From: Xylographa opegraphella
Taxonomy: Eukaryota
NCBI GenBank assembly: GCA_022813865.1
Contig: JALDZX010000017.1
Span: 248,001-312,000, forward strand
Direction: 5' to 3'
Length of the DNA stretch: 64,000 bases
Shown here: piece by piece, positions 56,652 through 64,000 of the stretch
Numbering within the stretch: position 1 is the first letter of the stretch
Layout of the letters: every line of letters begins with the position of its first letter
Position numbers and translations under genes: made by a program
The notes under the pieces: model-generated
Told to the model about the DNA's origin: nothing
Seen by the model: only the letters and a program-made list of their open reading frames with translations
Database searches by the model: none

Positions 56652-59147
56652 CTATGAGAATCTCGCCTCCATGTCCCTCCCGAACCTTTCACCCCATGCG
56701 CCTGCATCGCGACCGAATCTCGTGCCCCATTCGCCAATGCTGGCCCCCAGACGATCCGAAAAGACTCCGCCACTAAAAGCTCTGGAAGTCACGGGCGGCG
56801 TCGTTGGATTGGGTCCACGTCCAAGGCCTTGACTCGCGTCTGTACTGACACCGATATCGATGAGATCCTCTTGTTGGGTGGTTTGGCTTGTACGTCTCTG
56901 CCTTTCCATGTCTGCGGTTTCTTTATGGCCTCTTAGCTGTCGAGCAGCAGCCCTTTCTCTTTCAGCTGCAGCCCTTTCCTGTTCCTGTTTTCTCCGCGCT
57001 GCATCTCTCTCTTGCTGTTTCTTCCGCAGTTCAGCAGCTTTGTGGGCCTTCCCTGCTCGGAGCTCCGCATCCTTCTCCAGTTGTTCAGCAACTTTTTTCC
57101 TCTCGCGGGCCGCTCGCTCCGACTCTATCTTCCTATGCTCGGCATCTATTGCTTGCTGGGTTTTCCGTTTCTCAGCATCTATTGCTTGCTGGATTCTCCG
57201 GTTTTCAGCTTGTCGTTCCGGACTCCCAACCTCCTTCTCTTGCTTTCGACCAAGTACTTCCAGTCGCTTACTGTTCGACTGATTTGGGGTGGCATTTTCC
57301 AGCGCTCGACGACGCATCTCCTCCGCATCATCACCAACACCCCACAAACCTGATGTGGTGTTGACTTGCGTTCCAGATGCAACACCAGGTGGCTGTTGAT
57401 TATTGGACCCACGAGGGACTCTGCGCGTAGCTAAGTCTTGCTTTTCATTGCTCCATCTTGAATTCCGACTATACTCGGTTGTCGGCCGAAATGGATATGC
57501 TGTTGTCTTTGAGGAGTCATCGACTTGGTAAGGGCCAGTCCCCAAGCCTCTTTGAGAATCACTCGCTTGAGGTTGAATAGCATCCTGACCAAGGCTATGA
57601 AGGCTTGAACCTGTCTCGATATCGCAACTACCAGAAAGCTGGCCTGCGAAGGATCCCGGTGTCGACGTTCGGTCGGGTTCAAAACCAGAAATGTTCAACC
57701 CTCGTCCACGCCGCTTGGCTCGCTTCTCGGCCTTGGCCATCCGCTTCTCAGCTCTACGCTGCTGTTTCAAGCCTTTCTTGTACAGTTTGGCCTCTTTTCT
57801 CAGAGACTTGACCTCGGATTTCAAGAGTCGTTTTTGGGTCTTGATTTCAGCTTTCATGGCTTTAGACTGCGCGGCATTACCCCTGCTAACACTCTTACGG
57901 TGTGCTCGAAGTTCTGACCGAAGCTGTCGGACTGCCTGTTTGACGTGTTGCTTTCTTGTTGGATCAAGGCGGAAGTTTGCAATAGCTTGACGAATATCTG
58001 TAACTTCGACTCCTCTGAGTTCATCAGAAGAGATGGAGCTGACGGAGTTGTTCGACGATGAGGAAGAGGAGGACCAGGAAGAACATGTACTAGAGGATCG
58101 GTGGTGGCGCCCTTTACCCCTCCCATGATGGTCATTGGATGTCGAAGATGAGGAACTTGAGGAACGGCCGCGACGACCTTTTCCTCTCCGACGGTGGGTA
58201 TGATGGTCATGATCCTCATCCGATGATGAAGACGAAGTACTCGCCGAGCGACCACGGCGAACTTCGCCTTCCCAAGGATGGCCGTGATGAGCATGGCCGT
58301 CCTCTATCCACCTCTCATGTCGACCCCTACCATCGCCACGATGACCTCTGCCACTCACGTGGAAGCCACGACCACCAGCAATTGCGAATAGATCCATTGA
58401 ATTCCGAGATGTTCCTGGGCCATCTCGAGGCTGTACTCTTACGTCGGGTTCTGACACTTGTGGCTGCCCACGATGCCAGAATGTGGGTAGGGAACCACGA
58501 ACCGCCTGCTGAGGTAATGGAGATCCGAACGAGGTGCATTCCTGGGCGGGCTGAGCCGCTGGGATGGTCCTGTAAGAAGGCGTTGGACTGGATGACCGAC
58601 CCGGGGCGGCATAGGAGAACTCGGGCACAAATCGAATCTTCCTTGGACCGAAGAAGCCTTCATTCCATTCCGCGACGACAGCTTCAATTCGTTTTTGCCG
58701 TTCCCGGAATTCTGTGCGGGAGATAGATTTCTCTGGGTTCTGGTCTCCGACGCTTGTACTGCCATTGAGCTCCGCGATAATATAGTTGACAAATGTTGCC
58801 CAGTCCTGTGCGTGAACGTCGCGTACTTCCATCCCATCTGAGAGACCAGGTGATAGGGATTGCAGAGGAAGATCATCTGGAGTAGTATGTGGTGTTATTT
58901 TGTGCTCAATGAGAATAGTTGCGATAGCTGAATCGCAATGAAATGGACGACTCTCAAAATAGGCCGCTGTGAACGAGTAGGGGAGCTCTTGGGGATCATT
59001 GACAATAGATAGATAACCGCCTCGTATCGACGGTCTCAGAGGTGAAATAGGTGTATCGAGCTGGTGTGATACGTCGGTACTGGGCGTTTGGGGATCATGT
59101 GGGGTGTATGCCGGAGGAGGCCCTAGGTCATCTGCAATTGACAGCAT
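56652..59147 (-). CDS. Uncharacterised fungal protein (globular N-terminal domain, His/Ser tract, coiled coils)
   Basis: 831-aa intronless ORF; PPPAY motif; DWATFVNY..EWNEGFFGPRKI block; terminal WGxRFGRD repeats. Confidence 0.75.
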   Translation of the reverse strand: MLSIADDLGPPPAYTPHDPQTPSTDVSHQLDTPISPLRPSIRGGYLSIVNDPQELPYSFTAAYFESRPFHCDSAIATILIEHKITPHTTPDDLPLQSLSPGLSDGMEVRDVHAQDWATFVNYIIAELNGSTSVGDQNPEKSISRTEFRERQKRIEAVVAEWNEGFFGPRKIRFVPEFSYAAPGRSSSPTPSYRTIPAAQPAQECTSFGSPLPQQAVRGSLPTFWHRGQPQVSEPDVRVQPRDGPGTSRNSMDLFAIAGGRGFHVSGRGHRGDGRGRHERWIEDGHAHHGHPWEGEVRRGRSASTSSSSSDEDHDHHTHRRRGKGRRGRSSSSSSSTSNDHHGRGKGRHHRSSSTCSSWSSSSSSSNNSVSSISSDELRGVEVTDIRQAIANFRLDPTRKQHVKQAVRQLRSELRAHRKSVSRGNAAQSKAMKAEIKTQKRLLKSEVKSLRKEAKLYKKGLKQQRRAEKRMAKAEKRAKRRGRGLNISGFEPDRTSTPGSFAGQLSGSCDIETGSSLHSLGQDAIQPQASDSQRGLGTGPYQVDDSSKTTAYPFRPTTEYSRNSRWSNEKQDLATRRVPRGSNNQQPPGVASGTQVNTTSGLWGVGDDAEEMRRRALENATPNQSNSKRLEVLGRKQEKEVGSPERQAENRRIQQAIDAEKRKTQQAIDAEHRKIESERAARERKKVAEQLEKDAELRAGKAHKAAELRKKQQERDAARRKQEQERAAAERERAAARQLRGHKETADMERQRRTSQTTQQEDLIDIGVSTDASQGLGRGPNPTTPPVTSRAFSGGVFSDRLGASIGEWGTRFGRDAGAWGERFGRDMEARFS

Positions 59148-59817
59148 TGTGAAACCTCGGGATACTGAGAGATCGGAACAATAAAGGGCAGTTCAAGGCG
59201 AGAAGCATACAATCTCAATTTGACAAAACGAAATATGTACGACGGTGGGGAGAGCACAACGTATTTACATATGGGCGATTCTATCAACCGCTCGACCCCT
59301 CCAAGGTTGCCCTACAGGCACCGAGCGTTGAATCCCTGACTTGTCAGCAACAGAAGCCCTTGATGATATACTGTATGTGCTAGCAAGGTACGGGGACCAG
59401 TCATTGCACGCTCCTGCAATCGAGTAGCCGTTTAGAGGATAGTCCGCGGTGCGTCAAGGTTCTAGCGCGCTGCAGGGCCGCGTAACGAACGTCCAAGGCT
59501 GACGACTGCCCTCCAAACGTGCTCGAAATGCTTCACCCTTGGCTGGTTTGTGCAAGATACTACGATATGCAGACACATGGGTGACAAGATTAAGAGTACG
59601 GAGCGCAAAGTGGTGTAATCGTCTTATCAGGAAGCCTTTCGAACAGAACAGGGATGACACCTCTACCATGGTGGTACGTACCGTAGCTTACAGACACTTA
59701 GCGTGAGGCTGTGAGCTTCAAATAGTTCAGTGTAGCTTTGAGTGATGGTGTACGAACTCTTCAAAACGCACAATACCAAAATGTTGAGCAATCTCTCTAG
59801 CGTCCTATGGAGGCTTA

Positions 59818-61985
59818 TCAGTCCACACGGCCAGCTATCTCCATGACCTTGTTATGCAGCTCGCCGTTCCTCAGTGACATATATATTATACTAGTGAGGC
59901 TCCCAATGGTCCTCTTCGGACCCGTCTCACCAGACTCGCTACTGATGGGTGGATGATCCACCAGGCCTCTGTGCATTGGTACTTTGAGATCCTCTCGGAC
60001 AAATCGATATAGGATGTTTGATGCCCAGCAAAGATACTTTGGTGTTGTCGGAGCCACAAAAAAGGCTTTACGTGCGCTATCATAGGCTTCGTTCAAACTC
60101 TCCGCAATTCGTACCTGATACGTCTGTATCCCAGCCAAGACGTTGTTCCTTGCGCCGTCCGGGCTGGTGGCTAAGTTTTTGGCAAGGATACTGAGTAACG
60201 CACCTGTCGTTTCGAGCGCTGTTGCAGGACCGCGATCTGCAAGATCTAAGCTGGCGTATTCCAGCCACTTTTCCATAAGTATTGTCCAGATCTCGGTATG
60301 CATACTCTCGAAATTGTTCTCCGAGACGATGGAGCTAAAGCATTCTCGCAATACGCTACGTGCAGCAGGTTCAGCGAGTGTAGAAAATTCGAGATGCAGA
60401 CAGCGCAGGTCCAGTGCCTGACATAAAGCGTAGAGATACGATGCGGCCATTATTGAGACGACATCGATTGCTTGAGCGGCATATCGGGCAGCGATCAGTG
60501 CAAGTGAATTGAGAGATTGATTGTGCATCTCTGCGGACTGCATATGAGTGCTGACGGGATGGGCAAGGTATCCAAGCTCAGACATGTACGCGGCCATGTT
60601 AATATCGATACCTTTGAAAGTAAAGGAGGTACTGGGATCATCTGCGCATAAATTCGGAGGAAGTCCTTTGTTAAGCATAACGTTCAGCAGCTCGGAGCAC
60701 TGCGCAAAGAACAGTCGGCCTAGCAATTGCAATGATGTCAAAGTCTTTTCCATTGCTGAGGTTACGGAGGCCGCCTGAAAATTACCACCGTGGTAAATCA
60801 TATCGTTTGCAGCATCGATCAAAGGATTGTCTGTCGTTGAATTGAGTTCACAGCGAACTTGCTCCTTTGCCAATGCGAGATCTTCGAGCTGTGGACCAAT
60901 CCACTGCGATGCTGTGCGAAGAGAATAACGATCCTGAGCCATGCCGGCTTTCTTCGGGTTCGCATCTGCGGTAAGACGAGAATCAGAGAGGAATGCGAAT
61001 ATATTCGCTGCAGCTTCCAGCTGGCCTGGGTGAGGTCGAGTACTAGCAATGAAAGGGTGGTGATTGTGATTCGTGCCCAGCAATGCTTCGGTACCCATTG
61101 CCGTAAGTACCTGTGCAATCACCCCCATATGCTGTGCTTCATAGATAACACTGCTAGCTGCAGCACAGCTTGTAGCCGTTCCATTCAAAAGTCCGAGTGC
61201 TTCTTTGGGTCCCAGGACAATCCGCTGAAGTTTGGCAATTAAGAGAGCTCTGTCCGCCGTGATAATTTGATAGTCGTGTTGGATGCCGCTACGCACATAA
61301 ATATCTTCATTCCCTTCCAAAACCCCTGCGATGTAGGATAGTGGTGAAAGGTCGCCTGAAGCTGATATACTGCCTCGAAGAGGCACCACTGGGGTTAGGT
61401 CATAGGCAAGTAATGACAGTATGGACTCAATGACACAAATTTGAACACCAGAATGGCCTCGCATGAGTGAATTGCACCTCAGGAGCATCATAGCCCTAAC
61501 GACTGGGACAGGCAAAGCGTGACTAGTGAGATCCTGCCCTAAGCCGGCAGCTAAGCCGGATCCAGCAGGAGTTGGAAGGCCTTTGTCAGAATGGAGCAAG
61601 ACACCAGCGTTCTGATGTTGTATCACTGACTTCTGCAGATTCTGTAAATGTGCCGTCCGAGTATCTGCGCTGCCACCAACGCCCGTGTTCACTCCATACA
61701 CGATATAGCCTTGCTGAAGATGGGTGTTGAGCAGGTCGACGCTGGCCTGTACAGCAGCTAGGATATCGGGATCCGTAGTCATCGAAGGCTGGGTGCGATA
61801 CCTATGAGAGCAAGTTCAGCTGATACGTGAAAGAATTATGTTGATTGGAGTACTCACCGAGAAACAGCGATGACCGCTGGAACGGTTAATGACTTCCCAT
61901 CCACAACAACACTGTCTTTGCCTTGCGTGATTCGTTGCAAAGAAGCCCAATCGCGCCAAATATCACTGCAGTAGCCAGAAGGCAT
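59818..61985 (-). CDS. PAL: Phenylalanine/tyrosine ammonia-lyase (MIO enzyme)
   Basis: VYGVNTG, NSLMRGHSG, GSISASGDLSPLSY (MIO triad ASG at 61362-61354), PKEALGLLNGT, QDRYSLR, DNP, HGGNFQ, AEMHNQ; intron 61857-61802. Confidence 0.96.
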
Positions 61986-64000
61986 GATAGATAATTTCCT
62001 TGGACTTCTATCGGCTTCTGTACAATATACCGAAAGTAATACTCTTTGTAGACACTCAACTATGTATCAGAACGGAGATTCGAAGCGCAGCCTGCAAGCT
62101 ACAGAAAGGTCAGACTACCTTTGTGAACTAGGTTCCAACAATGCGTTGTGACGGGCTGTGAGTTAGTGAATGAATTCAGTGCAAGTCAGTATGTAAGTCT
62201 TGTTACCGGAGACCTGTGGTTCAGATGGCTGTGCAGGATTTCAAGCTCCTGGTGCCTAGAGGACCACGAAAAGGAGACTTTGAGCTCGGTTGTTATTGCA
62301 TGGGTAAGGCTTGATGGAATCCCTCGTAACCGTAATCTACTTGACCAGCCATTCTGAGCTTGTGTATCACAGCACGAGGCATGTATACGCAAGTGAGTAT
62401 TATTTCACCACCGAGTAGGACCATGGATTGATGTGAATCACAAACACCACACGCTCGGACAAGTGTTCAGTCTGGCGACCAAGGCAACAAGCTGACTGAT
62501 GATTGTTGGCGCGGATAGACGCGCTCTCTGTGATGGGTGGGTACCGCGATGTTTTTGAGGAAACCCACGGATAGCAAGCATTCAGCGAGCACGCAGATAC
62601 GGTAGGCACACCACCGCGATTGTGAAGATGGGATACCCCAATCGTCTCTCATCGAGTGGTGCTGATGTCTTGCCGACCTTACCGTACCAACCAAGGCTTT
62701 TGTGTCGCTTGTCAAGTTATCAGCACGTCGCGTAAGGTACCTAAGAGGTGGACACCCTTTTCGATACCTACCTTACCTTACCTAAGGTACCTCGTGAGCC
62801 AGTTTACTATTTCCCCGCACTTCTCTGAGCGGAAAGGCGCCTTCCTCCACAGCACCAAAGGAACTGATCAGGATACCAGATCGACAATCTTCTTGGCCGT
62901 CAGCAGTCACATGCTGGGACCACATGCATCAGGCACGTCACCTGGTCCTACAGATGAACCGCTTGTGAATCCCGCGTGTGTACCGCTGACAATTCATGAA
63001 CTGAGTCCAAATAAACTTGCAGGACCCGAAAGTCATTCGCAAGGTAGTATGGTATAGGGGCAACCCTGAGGCCCGGGACACGAAGAGTAGTAAACAAAAT
63101 GAATATCATCGTTGCAAGTTCGGATGCTCCAGCTGTCAGCTCCATCATTGACCTGCCCATCCAGAACCTTGTTCTCGTTCCTCCAGTCCAAGAACCCATT
63201 TGTCTGACATTGGAAGATGCCAATATGGACTATGATGCTGGATTGAAGCTTGGGGGTTCATTCAGGACTCATCGTCCAGATACCTTACTTTCAGCATTAG
63301 GGGCCTGCTGTCTTACCTTCCACGTCTATCGCTTAATCATAGGTCCTTCGTTTCAGAAGGAATATGCGTGGAACGATGTATCGGCGCTGGTTCGGCTACC
63401 ATTGGCGTGAAACCCCTTCCCATTTCTATCCCCACAGGTGATCCGTGGGCGTGTGTAAGGTTAGGTTAGCAATCCGTCCAAACTGGCAAAGACTCAGCGA
63501 GATCCACATGCAGGAGTATATCGCAGTGTTCCAGTGTTTGGCGACCAAGCCATGCAAACTACCAAATAAGGGCACACCATACGACGACTTCCCACAGGTC
63601 CACATAATCCTATCTAACGTACAAGGGGTTGGAATGCTTGGAGCGTGGTGACGGTGAGAAAGTCAGGTAGGAGAGGCGCGAAGGATGAAGCTGGGATATG
63701 GAGAATGCAACTGGATCTAATCTACAGACAACATATTCAAGTACGCTCGGGACCAGGCAGCGGATCAAGGACTGAGACATCGTGTCCACATACGATCAGA
63801 AGGTACGACAAGTGCACCTCCTTCGCAGATCCACTTTGGAATTGATCTGCTCGAATCGGCCGGCGGTGGCGCCATTTACCGGGTGAGCGCTCACTCCTGA
63901 AGTATGTACATGCAAGAAAGTCGAACATCGCATAGATGCGCCGCATCTGTTCGTCACTCATATAAAACAAAGTGTGTCCCTGCACGCGAGGCACAGCCTG

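Noticed and set aside
62100..64000. Short ORFs upstream of PAL (62656-63057, 63099-63410, 63737-63994)
   Set aside because: No family similarity or spliceable model that I can support; treated as intergenic.
1..64000. Intact transposon, Starship element or NLR/HET system
   Set aside because: No transposase, reverse transcriptase, tyrosine recombinase, NACHT/NB-ARC, HET or gasdermin motifs, and no TIR/LTR pairs seen.

Overview
Gene-dense eukaryotic DNA from a filamentous ascomycete (Pezizomycotina). The evidence is short GT-AG introns with CTRAC branch points and fungal-type orthologues; the class cannot be fixed from sequence alone. The window holds about 28 protein-coding genes. Most are core housekeeping genes: MRPL8/bL17m, Cwf18, a PPR protein, Kish, TAF13, eIF3f, UTP25, ECT1, GRX5, PPC decarboxylase, a branched-chain aminotransferase, NEM1, eIF2B-beta, CEX1, LST8 and ARD1. 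Also present are an Amun-like HhH protein, a GPI-type PLC-like phosphodiesterase, a SUR7/PalI protein and a phenylalanine/tyrosine ammonia-lyase. Several unrecognised coiled-coil or repeat proteins, a kelch-type membrane-protein pseudogene and an apparently truncated trypsin-like protease lie among them. I found no supportable tRNA, rRNA, CRISPR array or intact transposon. The most notable signals are: recurrent ~0.5-1 kb islands where a C-rich left half flips to a G-rich right half regardless of gene strand; an orphan protein with His/Gln octapeptide repeats whose stop codon sits in the loop of a perfect 20-bp hairpin; two obligatory GC-AG introns; four divergent gene pairs with near-identical 224-242 bp spacing; and a Leu3/LeuB-type palindrome upstream of the aminotransferase. 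No new biological system can be proven from sequence alone; these are leads.
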